Part shown: piece after piece, positions 35,429-46,500 of the stretch
Layout of the letters: the number at the start of each line of letters is the position of its first letter
How positions within the stretch are numbered: position 1 is the first letter of the stretch
Virus record (IMG/VR): IMGVR_UViG_3300031419_000007
Direction: 5' to 3' (one strand)
Length of the DNA: 48,323 bases
Source: a virus
Taxonomy: Duplodnaviria; Heunggongvirae; Uroviricota; Caudoviricetes
Translations under genes and position numbers: made by a program
Notes under the pieces: model-generated
Database searches by the model: none
What the model saw: the letters and a program-made list of their open reading frames with translations, nothing else
Told to the model about the DNA's origin: nothing

Positions 35429-37027
35429 ATGAAAAAAGCTACTTCGAGTCAATTGGCGGCTGCCTTGCTCGAACTGAAGGGGAAACCCATCGATTTCGAC
35501 AACTATCGGCCGTTCCGAAAGATCTACGATATCGATCCTGACATCATGGTGTTCAAAGCTGGACGCCAGATCGGGAAGTCAGTTTCACTCGGCGGACGTT
35601 TAGTGTCGAAGAGTATCGGCCGTGCGTACTTCAACTCACTGTACATCGCTCCGTTCCAGATCCAGGCGAAGCGTTTCTCAAACGCCTACCTTGACGCCTT
35701 CCTGGAATCGCCGCTCGTGAAGAAGTACTTCCGTAAGACGAGTGACACGAGCAACGTGTTCGAGAAGACTTTCTCTAACGGCTCAAAGATTTACCTGTCG
35801 TACGCTCAGACCGAATCTGACGCCGACCGCATCCGTGGTCTGATGGCGGACCTGCTGACCGTCGACGAAGTCCAGGACGTCTCGTATGACGCACTGCCCC
35901 CAATCTTCGAAATCCTGAACGCCTCGGAATACGCCCTGAAGGTCCTGGCCGGCACGTCCAAGTCTTCGGCGAACACCTTGGAGCAGCTGTGGCTCCGTAC
36001 CAACCGTCTGGAGTGGGCCACCAAGTGCACCCACTGTAACCACTGGGTCATCCCGCGGGATTACGAGACGTGCATTGCGATCTGTAAACCTCAGGGCCCA
36101 TCCTGTGACAAGTGCGGCGGGTTGATCGACGTCGGTACCGGCCAGTGGATTGCCACGAACCCGAGCATCAAGAACCGTGTGGGCTTCCACCTTCCGCAGC
36201 TCATCGTGGGCGATAACTGCCGTCCGAAGAAATGGGCTCGTCTGGTCGACAAAGTGACTCAGGCCCAAGAAGGCGGTCTCTATACGCCGGCCACGTTGGC
36301 CAACGAAGTGTTTGGTCTGGCGACGGACCTCTCCGGTCGTTCCCTGTCGATGCAGGAAGCGATGAACTGCTGTGTTCCCGAGTGGAAAGGCTGGGCGTCC
36401 CCGACCGACTTCTCGAACAAAGTCTGGGCCGCGATTGCCCCGACGATCACCCGTACTGTTCTGGGCGTCGACTGGTCTGTTACCGGTGGCGTTAAGTCCT
36501 ATACTGTTGCCTCCGTTCTGGGGTATGATGGGTACGGTAAATGCTACCTGCTTGAATCCCGCAAGATGCAGGGTATTCACATTCTGAACCAGGTAGAGGA
36601 AGTTTGTAAGCTTGCCCTGAAGTGGAACTGTGCGATCGTCGGTTCTGACCGCGGCGTCGGTGTTCTGCAGGGACAGTTGATGCAGAAAGAATTGGGCCAC
36701 AACAAAGTCATCATGATCAACTACGTGGCGGCCAAGAAGCGTCTGCGTTGGGATGGTGAAGGTCAATACCTCGCAGCCGACCGCTCACAGGCGATCGACA
36801 ACGTGATGATGAAATGGCGTCTCGGCCAGCGTTCTTTCGTAGCGCCGTGCTGGGAAGTGACCGAAGGTATGTGGACGGATGCGTTGAACGTGTTCGAAGA
36901 AGAGACTAACGTGGGTCGCCGCGTGTACCGTCACCACCCGGATGAGCCGGATGATTGGATGCACTCTGTGGTATTCGGCAACGTTGCCTACCAATACCTG
37001 AGCGGTGATTTCTCGTATACTGAGTAA
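35429..37027 (+). CDS. terL: Terminase large subunit
   Basis: Walker A KAGRQIGKS, Walker B LTVDEVQD, coupling motif AGT, Zn ribbon (CTHC...CDKC), nuclease motifs GVDWS and PDDWMHS. Confidence 0.9.
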   Translation: MKKATSSQLAAALLELKGKPIDFDNYRPFRKIYDIDPDIMVFKAGRQIGKSVSLGGRLVSKSIGRAYFNSLYIAPFQIQAKRFSNAYLDAFLESPLVKKYFRKTSDTSNVFEKTFSNGSKIYLSYAQTESDADRIRGLMADLLTVDEVQDVSYDALPPIFEILNASEYALKVLAGTSKSSANTLEQLWLRTNRLEWATKCTHCNHWVIPRDYETCIAICKPQGPSCDKCGGLIDVGTGQWIATNPSIKNRVGFHLPQLIVGDNCRPKKWARLVDKVTQAQEGGLYTPATLANEVFGLATDLSGRSLSMQEAMNCCVPEWKGWASPTDFSNKVWAAIAPTITRTVLGVDWSVTGGVKSYTVASVLGYDGYGKCYLLESRKMQGIHILNQVEEVCKLALKWNCAIVGSDRGVGVLQGQLMQKELGHNKVIMINYVAAKKRLRWDGEGQYLAADRSQAIDNVMMKWRLGQRSFVAPCWEVTEGMWTDALNVFEEETNVGRRVYRHHPDEPDDWMHSVVFGNVAYQYLSGDFSYTE

Positions 37028-37053
37028 CCTAAAATAGCCAAGAGGAAAATGAC

Positions 37054-37623
37054 ATGGCCAAGAAGAAGCAAGATTCAATGATTGACGATGTAAACCCACT
37101 GTTTGCGGACAGTGACTTCAAACAAAGCGAAATGGCGACTCCGGACGAGATGTTCCCGGAGACTGCGGAACCGACCCCGGCTGAACCAAAACCGGAAACC
37201 CCTGCGGATCCGTCAGAAGAACCTGCTAAGCCGGAACTGACTGAAGAGCGTAAAGCCCACCTGCTGTCGATCGTCGACACGATCATGTTCGAAGGCAGCT
37301 ACAGCGAAGTTGTGCCGTTTGGCCGCAAGTACAAAGCGACCTTCCGTTCGCGTACCGCTGGTGAAGACAACGAGATTTCTCAGCGTCTGGATGGCCGTAC
37401 CTTCAACACCATGATTTCTTACCAGAACCAGAGCTCACTGCTGACCCTGGCGTACGCCCTGGTCGATCTGAACGGGGTTAACCTGCGTGAAATGAGCACC
37501 AAGGACCGCTACGCCCACGTGGCCGGCCTGCCGTCTCAGCTGGTGGTAATCCTGACCGATCTGATGTCGAAGTTTGACCAGACCGTGATGCAGGCGATGG
37601 AATTCGGTAAGGAAAATTTCTAA
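37054..37623 (+). CDS. Tail assembly chaperone (lambda G-like)
   Basis: Upstream of the tape measure gene; ends at a slippery heptamer (GKENF-stop). Confidence 0.75.
   Translation: MAKKKQDSMIDDVNPLFADSDFKQSEMATPDEMFPETAEPTPAEPKPETPADPSEEPAKPELTEERKAHLLSIVDTIMFEGSYSEVVPFGRKYKATFRSRTAGEDNEISQRLDGRTFNTMISYQNQSSLLTLAYALVDLNGVNLREMSTKDRYAHVAGLPSQLVVILTDLMSKFDQTVMQAMEFGKENF
37614..37620 (+). other. Programmed -1 frameshift heptamer A AAT TTC
   Basis: X XXY YYZ in the correct phase; the -1 frame is open from 37614 through 37982. Confidence 0.8.
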
Positions 37624-37982
37624 AACAGTCATGGGCGAAGCTCCGGATGGACCTCTATCTCAAGGGGATTCATCCGGACGTCCTGGGTTCTCCGAGGGAT
37701 GTCATCTTCAGGCAGCACGCTATGAACGAAATCGTTCAGGAATCCAGGAAGCTTATGGCTGGGGTCGCAGGCTCCCTCGGTAACAGTCAGGCCGCCAAGC
37801 AGATTCTTCAAGATTTCGCTAAGAGCTTGTTTGATACACCGCAAACTAAGCAACACCGTCATGCGGATATGCTTAAGTATTACAACCAGCACGTTAAGCA
37901 TCTGGCTCCAGAAGCCAAGTTGGTTACTGATGGTCAAAACAAGTATCTCAAAGTGTCAGGTCTGGAGGAATTGAATGGCTGA
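37614..37982 (+). CDS. Tail assembly chaperone frameshift extension (lambda T-like)
   Basis: The -1 frame reads KFLKQSWAKLRMDLYLKG...; no clear SD at ATG 37647; overlaps the tape measure start. Confidence 0.7.
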   Translation, partial: KFLKQSWAKLRMDLYLKGIHPDVLGSPRDVIFRQHAMNEIVQESRKLMAGVAGSLGNSQAAKQILQDFAKSLFDTPQTKQHRHADMLKYYNQHVKHLAPEAKLVTDGQNKYLKVSGLEELNG

Positions 37983-40900
37983 TAATATGTTCTCACAAGC
38001 ACCGATGTCCACGTATTACGGCTTCGGTATCAACCCGGCGTACACCACGCCGGCTTACATGTCCAACTTCCGTCCGGCGTACGCGTCGGACACTGATCCC
38101 TATAACCCGTACTCGCAGAACCGCTCCTACGCGGATGCCCTGCGGACCCAATACCTCTTCCAGCCTGCTGGCACCTTTGCTTCTGACCCGTCAGAGGATG
38201 AACGTGCTAACAACTGGGCCCTGAACTCAATGAACTCCGACGGATTCATGAACGGCGTCACCAAGATCGGTGTCCCGCTGGGTGCGTGGTATGCGGCCAA
38301 CAAGTTCTTCGGGCAGAAAGTCGGTGCGAATTCGCCGACCGCTGGCCTGTATAACCGTTCCTCAGCGTATGCCCGTGCGATCTACCAAGGTCAAGGCATG
38401 GGTGCGGCGGCGAACGCGTGGTCGTCAGTGGCTGCGAGACAGTCTCTGGGCGGCGCTATGGGGTCTGGCTTCGGTCGTTTCGCAGGGAGTACCTTCGGTA
38501 GGGGTATCGGCCTTGCGGGCCGTGCAGTGGGTCTGGGGGGCGCTCTCGGGGGTGCTGCAGCAGTCGGCGGGACAGCCGGTGCCGTGCTCGGTGGAGCGGT
38601 CGGTGCCTTAGCGGCTCCAATCCTCGGCGGAGCGGCCCTGGCTAAAGCGTCAAACTACTACCTGTCAGATCCGTACGTCGGGATCCGCCGGGGTGAAGAC
38701 GCGATGCTGGCCAACACGGCCAACACGTTCGTCGGTGGGCAGGCTACGCCTAACATGGGGACCTTCGGGATCTCTGCCACGCATGCCAACTCCCTGAGCC
38801 GTGCCTTCATGTCTTCAAACATCCAGGACAAAGGGTTCAAGCCGGGCGATTACGCTGCGATGGCAGACTACGGGATGCAAGCCGGCCTCTTCAATGAAGT
38901 TGGCAACATGAACGTCGACCAGATGAAGAAGAAGGTCGAAGGCATGGCAGACGCCGTCAAGATGATCATGGCGGTGGCCAACACGAACTCCGTGAAGGAA
39001 GCGATCCAGTACATGGGCCGCTTGAAGGCTGCCGGCGTGTCAACCACCGGTGGTATGAACCGTGTGATGTCCGAAATGGGTATCGCGAGCGGTGTTTCCG
39101 GTGCGTCGGCCGAGCAGATCATGAACACCGTGGGTAACCAGGGCCAGATGATCGCTCAACGTCTGGGCATCCTGCCAATCATGGGTCAGCGCCAAGCGTC
39201 CAGCATCTTTGCCGGCTTCGCAAACGCCTACAAGTCGGGCTCTCTGCATCAAGCGGACGTAGCGGCTATGGGCGGGGTCGAAGGGGCGACTCAGCTGGTC
39301 ATGGAAGGCGGCGGACGTATCATGAATAACCCGTACTTCAAAGCCGCGATCAACTCCGGTGCTGAACTCGGTACCGGCAACATGCTGAACGTGTCGCAAG
39401 CCTTCGGTGGCCGCCGTGCGAGCAACCCACTGCAGTCGTTCTCAGAAGATCAGCTGAACTTCGGGGTTAACGCATCGCAGTACCTGGGCAAACACTCGAT
39501 GGGCAGCACCGTGCTGAATTACCTGTACGACAAGTCAAAGTACACGCCAGCGGCTCAGATGAAGGACGGGTCCGGTAAGGTCAACATCATGTCTGCTGTA
39601 GGTATGGCTATCGCTCGTGGAGAACTCTCTGCGGAAGAAGGCCGTGCGGTTATCGAGCAGTACAAGATGAGCAAGGAACCTGACTACCAGCGTCGCATGG
39701 AGCAGGCCACTCGTGGGTCAGCAGACAAGCAGATGCAACAGTACACGTCTCAGCAAGGTTATGACACCCTGTCTGGTGTGCCGTTGATCGGCCGCATGTA
39801 CCAAGTCGGGCGTGATCTGAACCGTGATGGTTTAGCAGGTGGTTCGGCAATCGGCGGAGCGTTCACCAAGATGCGTGCTGGGATGGCGGACTCGTGGGAC
39901 TCCTTCGCAGCCGGTATCCAGGGCCGTACCCGTGACCAAGATCGTCCGGTTGCCCGTTACGGTATGGAAAACGGCGTACAGACGTACCAAACGACGGATT
40001 ACTACGCGGCCACCGACACCGGCCACCGCATGACCCAGTATGACGGCGTCATGAAGGCAATTGCAGCAGACTCCGCTGCAGACCCAACTTCGGAACTCGG
40101 TAAAGTCGTGACCCAGTTGAAAGCAAACTTCGGTAAGAAGGGTGCGGATAACCGTGCGTTGCTCGACAAGTACTACCGTCTGAAGAAAGGTGACGTCGGT
40201 GCCCCGGGTGGATACTCGAAGGCGGAGTACATGGACTTTGCCAACCAGGGTCTGCAGTACGGCGTGGCCAAAACGACCAAGCAGACGGCAGCAGATCTGA
40301 ACCCGAAAGTCAGTGATGACTTCCTGACGGCGTACGTCGACGGGCTCGAAGGCAAGGGTCGTGCCGCGGTGAACAGCGAGTACGTGAAGTCAGATGCGTA
40401 CAAGACGGCTGGGTTCATGGACAAGTACACGCCGTTCGGTGACGGCTTTGAGAAGTTCGCCAAAGGTCGTTTCGGTAAAGGCGACGGTGCCCGCGTGTTC
40501 AACGCAGCAATCCGTTCTCAAGCCCGCACCGGTAAGGCGGACCTCGGCGATCTGTTCGACGCCGGCGGTGACGGTAAGACGTCGTACTACTCAGCGGACT
40601 TCGGTAAGCTCCTGTCGCAGTACAAGCAGGATAAATCGAAGATGTCGGCGGAAGATCGCTCTCGTGTGGAAGAATACCTGGCGATGCAGAAGATGTCTGG
40701 CCTCGGCGGGGACAAACTCAGTGCTATCGACCAAGGAATCCTGGCTCTCGGCCGTGGTGACACGGACAAAGCCGGTATTCTCTACGGAAAAGACGGGGAC
40801 GCCCTGAGAGCCGGTGCGAGCAACGCCATCAACGCGGCCACGGAACGTATGGACGTCTCGAGTTACCGTAAGGGTGTCAAAGGGGCTCTGGTCGGAGCGA

Positions 40901-41316
40901 GTTACACCGGTGTTGACGTTGACGCCCTGGACTCACGTACCGATTCATCGCTGGGTTCACTCTCTGCTCAATCCCGTGCGGAAATGATCAAGCGGTCTGG
41001 CGAGATCTCTGCTGCTGCTCGTGACAACATCAATCAGAACGTGACGGAATCACAGAGTCTGAGCGACAAGTTCGGTGGGGAGGATGCCCTGAAATCCTTC
41101 GGTGACGTCGCAGACGGAATCGGTAAAGCGACAGAAGGCCTGTCCGGTTCGGCAGATGCCCTGACCAAGGCCGCCTCGGAACTCAGTAAAGCAGCAAAAG
41201 CCGGAGGAAATGATCCAAGATTGACGGCAGCGATCGAAAATCTAAACAGGATCCTCCCGGGTCTTAAAGGTGGACCAAGCCCGGGTGTGAACAATAACTT
41301 CGGAGGACCACGATGA
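37975..41316 (+). CDS. Tape measure protein
   Basis: 1113 aa, Ala/Gly/Met-rich and helical, with Gly-rich hydrophobic segments; follows the G/GT chaperone pair. Confidence 0.8.
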   Translation: MADNMFSQAPMSTYYGFGINPAYTTPAYMSNFRPAYASDTDPYNPYSQNRSYADALRTQYLFQPAGTFASDPSEDERANNWALNSMNSDGFMNGVTKIGVPLGAWYAANKFFGQKVGANSPTAGLYNRSSAYARAIYQGQGMGAAANAWSSVAARQSLGGAMGSGFGRFAGSTFGRGIGLAGRAVGLGGALGGAAAVGGTAGAVLGGAVGALAAPILGGAALAKASNYYLSDPYVGIRRGEDAMLANTANTFVGGQATPNMGTFGISATHANSLSRAFMSSNIQDKGFKPGDYAAMADYGMQAGLFNEVGNMNVDQMKKKVEGMADAVKMIMAVANTNSVKEAIQYMGRLKAAGVSTTGGMNRVMSEMGIASGVSGASAEQIMNTVGNQGQMIAQRLGILPIMGQRQASSIFAGFANAYKSGSLHQADVAAMGGVEGATQLVMEGGGRIMNNPYFKAAINSGAELGTGNMLNVSQAFGGRRASNPLQSFSEDQLNFGVNASQYLGKHSMGSTVLNYLYDKSKYTPAAQMKDGSGKVNIMSAVGMAIARGELSAEEGRAVIEQYKMSKEPDYQRRMEQATRGSADKQMQQYTSQQGYDTLSGVPLIGRMYQVGRDLNRDGLAGGSAIGGAFTKMRAGMADSWDSFAAGIQGRTRDQDRPVARYGMENGVQTYQTTDYYAATDTGHRMTQYDGVMKAIAADSAADPTSELGKVVTQLKANFGKKGADNRALLDKYYRLKKGDVGAPGGYSKAEYMDFANQGLQYGVAKTTKQTAADLNPKVSDDFLTAYVDGLEGKGRAAVNSEYVKSDAYKTAGFMDKYTPFGDGFEKFAKGRFGKGDGARVFNAAIRSQARTGKADLGDLFDAGGDGKTSYYSADFGKLLSQYKQDKSKMSAEDRSRVEEYLAMQKMSGLGGDKLSAIDQGILALGRGDTDKAGILYGKDGDALRAGASNAINAATERMDVSSYRKGVKGALVGASYTGVDVDALDSRTDSSLGSLSAQSRAEMIKRSGEISAAARDNINQNVTESQSLSDKFGGEDALKSFGDVADGIGKATEGLSGSADALTKAASELSKAAKAGGNDPRLTAAIENLNRILPGLKGGPSPGVNNNFGGPR

Positions 41317-41522
41317 ACATCCAAATCGTCAACATGAATGCAACTGAGTTGTTCCGTCAGCAGGTAATCGGCGCCATGGAGGGCGTCCGGTTCCAAAACT
41401 CTGGTGGAACCCAAACCTATCTCCCGCTGCAGCTCGGCGGGGTTTTTGCCCAACTGGACTTGCTGTCCGGTGGACACGCACTGCGTATCACGAGAATCGT
41501 AGAGGACTCAAATGGCGGATAA
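41313..41522 (+). CDS. Hypothetical protein (69 aa)
   Basis: ATGA overlap; SD GGAGG. Confidence 0.65.
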   Translation: MNIQIVNMNATELFRQQVIGAMEGVRFQNSGGTQTYLPLQLGGVFAQLDLLSGGHALRITRIVEDSNGG

Positions 41523-42924
41523 CAAATACGGAATTGCCCGTATCAACCAAGAAGGCGAACGCCTCTTTACCGTTCGTCCTCGCTACAACGCCACCAGCGA
41601 AGATAACCCGACGCGTGGTGAAGCTGCCACGCTCCGTCTGGTATTGAGCGAGAAGCCTGACGCCTCGACGATCAATGCATTGACAGCCGGCATGCCTTAC
41701 TTCGAAGCGATTGCGTTCAAACGCATGATGAACCAGGACGAAGGCAACGGTGGTTACAAAGACTTCATCATGACCGACTTATCGTATGACATGTCTGAGA
41801 AATATCAGGTGTTCCATACGTTCGGCGGCCATGAGGCAGTCTACTTTTACGGTCAGAACCCGCTGGCGATCCGTGTGTCGGGCGTGTTGACGGACGATCT
41901 GGATAACGACCAGTTTGCCCGCTTCGCCCAGCTGTACACGAACCACTTGCGTGGAACCAAGGCTGCCCAGAACTACGCGATAGTCGAACTGGCCTTGCCC
42001 AACGCCACGTTCTTCGGGTCGATCACCAACATCTCGTTCCAGCAGAACGCCGCTCGTGACACCGACATCGGGTTCACCATGGGCTTCCTGGTCAAAGAGA
42101 CGATCTTCCGGTCAACCGACGTGTACTTCCAGGATGATTCCGGTGAGGTTTCCGACTACCAGGACGAGAACTTCCTGGGCACGCGGCCGACGGCGACGAT
42201 CACCGCGTCTGACATCTACACCAAGATTGCGGACTTAACCGCAGAGATCGACGATCTGGGACGCTCGACCAATGCCAACAGCATGCTGGGACGTGGTGGC
42301 ACGGGATCTGGTGGCTTCAACATCTTCGGCGTGTACACACAGGCGATCAACTCGATTCCATCGATGTCAGATCTCTTGGGTATCGGTCCGGAAGACATTG
42401 CCGCGATCCTGACGACGTGGAACAACATTCTGAACGACATTCTGTCGGTGCCGAATGCCATCATCAACAAGGTGAATAGCTACGCGGACGAGGCTGTGTC
42501 ATACTTGACGACGGTCGAGCGTGGCCTCGACCAGATGATGGGCCAGATCACCGGTACCGTCGGAGCGTTCTACGGCGCTATCGACAAGGTTAAAGACACG
42601 ATCGGCACCATTGCCAACTTCCCGGAAAGCCTGGCATCCCGTGTAGGTCGCTTCCTGGATAACGGCTTCATGTCACCGAACGGAGCGGACGGTTCCTTCC
42701 TGCTCAGCTCACACGGCGGTGGCAACGGGGACAGCCCGAGCAATGCTCTGGTCGGGGGTGGAGCACTCGGGGCAGCGGCAGCGGCGAGTTTGCTGTCTGC
42801 GGGGTCGCGAGCAGATCCTGGACCACAACGTGGCGCCACGATCAAGCCTGTTCCGGTTAACGTCGGTATCGTGAAGAATTCAGATCAAACGGCAACACTG
42901 CCAGTGGGAGTAATCGATGAGTAA
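41512..42924 (+). CDS. Putative baseplate/tail tube initiator protein
   Basis: Tube-like N-terminal half (EKYQVFHTFG..YFYGQNP...VSGVL...FFGSITNISF...FTMGFLV) plus a helical region; follows the tape measure gene. Confidence 0.55.
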   Translation: MADNKYGIARINQEGERLFTVRPRYNATSEDNPTRGEAATLRLVLSEKPDASTINALTAGMPYFEAIAFKRMMNQDEGNGGYKDFIMTDLSYDMSEKYQVFHTFGGHEAVYFYGQNPLAIRVSGVLTDDLDNDQFARFAQLYTNHLRGTKAAQNYAIVELALPNATFFGSITNISFQQNAARDTDIGFTMGFLVKETIFRSTDVYFQDDSGEVSDYQDENFLGTRPTATITASDIYTKIADLTAEIDDLGRSTNANSMLGRGGTGSGGFNIFGVYTQAINSIPSMSDLLGIGPEDIAAILTTWNNILNDILSVPNAIINKVNSYADEAVSYLTTVERGLDQMMGQITGTVGAFYGAIDKVKDTIGTIANFPESLASRVGRFLDNGFMSPNGADGSFLLSSHGGGNGDSPSNALVGGGALGAAAAASLLSAGSRADPGPQRGATIKPVPVNVGIVKNSDQTATLPVGVIDE

Positions 42925-43597
42925 TTTAGGTGTTCGTTCCTACGCCAACTCGATGTTGATCGAGAACCTGTTCCGTCAGCGGGCCATGCCAGACCTGCTG
43001 CCGAACGTGAAATCCTTCACGACCCGCATCCTGATGCCGAGCGTGAAGATTGTCGAGGATGATTGTCACACGTTGATTGGCCGTAACGTCTCGGCCGACG
43101 ACTATTCCATGGTGGGCTTGCTCGCCTTGGATACCGACGAGATCATCGATGAAGCGTACGTCGTGGAACGTTACAAGAAGAACATTTTCACGATTCGCGT
43201 TCGTGACACGTGTGCATGTACCAGTACGGGTGGCATTTGCCGCAAGTGCTTGCACGGGACGTTTATCCGTTTGGGCATCAAGGATGAGGTTCCGGCGGTA
43301 GGTTCCACCATCCGCATGCCGGTGGAGTCCTCGTCGTACCTGAACGCTCTGGCCAAGACCTACAGTGGCGCCCTGCTTGGGGTTAAACCCATGGCGGCAG
43401 CGCCATTGCCGATCCGTCCTGATTTATACGGTGGGATGGTGACCCACGAGGAAATGACAATGGTTATCCGTGAGATGGCGTCTTTAAAAATCCCAACAGA
43501 TGAGGTAGACTACCTCAATGGGATTCACGACAAATTCGAACGTGCCCTAGCGATTGTTGCTTACTACGGAGTCTACGGTAATGCGTTTAGAAAATAA
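42917..43597 (+). CDS. Protein containing an RNA polymerase beta-prime-like zinc-binding module
   Basis: IVEDDCHT...IRVRDTCACTSTGGICRKCLHG compared with RpoC VTEDDCGT...[21 protein letters not shown]. Confidence 0.65.
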   Translation: MSNLGVRSYANSMLIENLFRQRAMPDLLPNVKSFTTRILMPSVKIVEDDCHTLIGRNVSADDYSMVGLLALDTDEIIDEAYVVERYKKNIFTIRVRDTCACTSTGGICRKCLHGTFIRLGIKDEVPAVGSTIRMPVESSSYLNALAKTYSGALLGVKPMAAAPLPIRPDLYGGMVTHEEMTMVIREMASLKIPTDEVDYLNGIHDKFERALAIVAYYGVYGNAFRK

Positions 43598-46500
43598 TCT
43601 TGGCGGGGATAACATTTACACCAACTTTCGGGTGTACGTGGAAGGGGTAGAAATCCCCTTCTCTTCAGCCAATATCTCCAACTCCTATGGTGGCCTCCCA
43701 ACGGCCACCGTTTACGTTGCCCCTTGGCGTGGCTTCACGGAGATCACAAAGGGATACTTCCCGAAAATCCAGATCTTCTACCGTGACTTCAACCAAGGCC
43801 TGGCACCGTACGACGTTAAACGGCTGATCAGCACCATTCCGGATATCGAAGGTGCCGAAGAACGTCTCGAAAACGCCAAAGAGACCTTCAACAAGGTCGA
43901 GCGTAACGCATACAAAGTGCTGTTCGACGGCGTTATTGCCAGCGTTCAGGACTCCAAGAGCCTTGGCGGCGACGGCGGTCAGTCTTCCATGGCGTTTAAC
44001 TGCGTCCACCCACACTATTTGCTGAACGAAATCCTCTTCAAGTTCATCGGGACCAACCCGGAGACCGAGACGGCGAAGGATTCTGCGTTCGGGATCATGG
44101 TCGATGGCGGTAACGTCGGCTCAGTCTTTGCCATTGAGCAAGCCCTGGCCGGTGTTCACGAGCCACGGGACAACGATAAGACCCTGGAGGCCGGTGGCAG
44201 CGACACGTCGGTGCTCTCGGAGGGCATGCAGGACAACTATTGGCGCCTTCAAGGCATGCCCGGTGTCATCGTGGCCATGTGGAACTCTCTGAAACGCTCG
44301 GCTTACTCCGCGGCGTCGCAGGAAGACAAGTCGATCATGACCAAAATGTACATTCCGCTGTTAGAAGACGGCTTGAAGTACTTCAACCGCATGACCGGGC
44401 ACCCGGTAATCGAAGGAGCGATCCAAAAGGACGCTCAGATCTCACCTACGCCGGCCCCGACGGTGACGCAGACAGCGGAAAGCAACACAACACCGACCGG
44501 AAAGCTTCCCGAGCCGCCAAAAGGCACCCTCGGACAGAAGTTTATGTCGGATAAAGGTAAAAAAGAGCTGATTGAGTTTGCTGAAGGCCGTCGCTACCGT
44601 CTTTATGACGATGCTACGGGCAAAGAGATCACTTTCGCTGCCGATGCAGTGGGTACGCCAACCATCGGTGTGGGTCATGCCGTGAAGAAAACGGATACCA
44701 CCTACGACAAAGTCACTCTTTCGGACCTGGACATCGATAAACTGCTGAGCCAAGACGTGGCGTCGGCGACACAGGCTGTGAACAACCTGGGATTAACCCT
44801 GTCACAGGGCCAGTTTGACGCTCTGGTAGACCTGACGTTTAACGTCGGCCCTGGCGCCAAGGGTGGTAAAGACGGAGCACTGTGGCAGGCAAGCGGTGAA
44901 CCGTCAACGATCGTCCGTTTGATCACCGAAGGGAACACTCAGGGCGCTGCTGACGGCTTCCTTGCGTGGACCAAAGCGGGTGGATCCGTATCTCAAGGTT
45001 TGGTGACCCGTCGTTCACGCGACCGTTCATTCTTCCTGGATGCCCCACTGCCCTCCTCTCAGGAGTTGGCAAACCAAGCTGCCGCGGCCAAAGGTACCAC
45101 CGAAGAGATGTCGAACAACAACGGCAAACTCGTCCCGGCCAACCTGAATGGCTTAATGCCCCGTGCTATGGCCGAACAGCTGCTGCACATCATGTCCAAC
45201 GATCTGATGTCTGGCGGCACCGGTGAAGTGACGTCGTTCGGGTCATTCATCCAGCAGTTCCTGCAGATCATCGAGTACGATCACGTCATCATGAACTCGC
45301 CGGCAGTACTGGGCATCGCGGGCCGTCGTGAAGTCATCGACCACGTGTTTAAACCGAAGATGTTCGCGTACTATTCTCCGATCTGTAACGTCATTCTGCC
45401 GCACATGTACGAATCGATGAGCGTGAACCTCGGGACAGACCAAGTGCCTTCCCGTGTGATCTACAACGCGATGCCGTTCCAAGCCGATTCGGCCATGAAT
45501 GCCACGACCGACGTGTTCGCCCACAACTTCATTGCTCCACACTCTGTCCGTAAGGCGCTGGCTAATGGCGGCAACCTGTCCAAGACGTTGCTCCCGATGC
45601 GTGCGACCCCGGGCAAATACGAGTGGGCGAGCGGTGTGCGTACGGCGGACGGTAACCTGCCATTCTGGTACAGCGTGCTGTCTCAGCAGTCTGAATCAGC
45701 GAACGTCGGTGACTTAGCGGACAAAGACACTGGTGCCCGTCTCAAAGCGGCGTGGTTGAAGCTGTATCCGGAAGACCCGAACCTGAACCCGTGGGACGTG
45801 ACGCTGGCCGGAATCAACGCGTATGAACGCTTGTTCTTCACCGGTGTTGACGTGGAATACTCGAACATCTACTCGTCTGCCCGCTCTGGCGTCGTAGATG
45901 GCGTGTTCAACCCGTTCATCATCCCAGGCTACCCAATGGACGTGGTAGATCCGTCGCCGCTCCGTGAGTCATACCACGGTTTCTGCACCAGCGTGAACCA
46001 CTCGATCGATGCATCGGGCTACTCCTCGACCAACGTCGGGATGAGCTCTGCGTACACCTTCTCGGAATTGGCCACGTGCTATATCCCGGGGACGTACCCG
46101 TGGCTGCTCGCTCAGTTGAAGATGGATGAAAACCTGAAGATGTACGGCAATACGCCTGCCTTCCAGCGTGCCTGCCAGTACTACGTTGACGTTCTCGGTG
46201 TTGGTGCGGCCGATCCGACTATCCTCGAAGCGTATTCAACCGGTAAGCCTATTCCGGTGAAACGTAACATGGGTGTCTGGGAGATTGGCGGCTCAGAGGC
46301 GGTGAATGATCCGTCACGCCCAACGCTGTACACGACGACGCTCGGTAACCTGAACCTCGTGGCCCGCAACATCTCGACGCTTCTGGATGTTCAGATGGAA
46401 CACAGCGTTCTGGCCGAAACCTTCGTGGATATCGACATGTGGAACCAAGGGTCACCGACCGTGGAAGAAGTCCGCAAGGGTCCGTGGGTGAATGACGGCA

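Noticed and set aside
42917-43597. Host rpoC fragment (pseudogene or misassembly)
   Set aside because: Intact ORF overlapping phage genes on both sides; similarity is limited to the Zn module and is far too diverged for a recent host fragment
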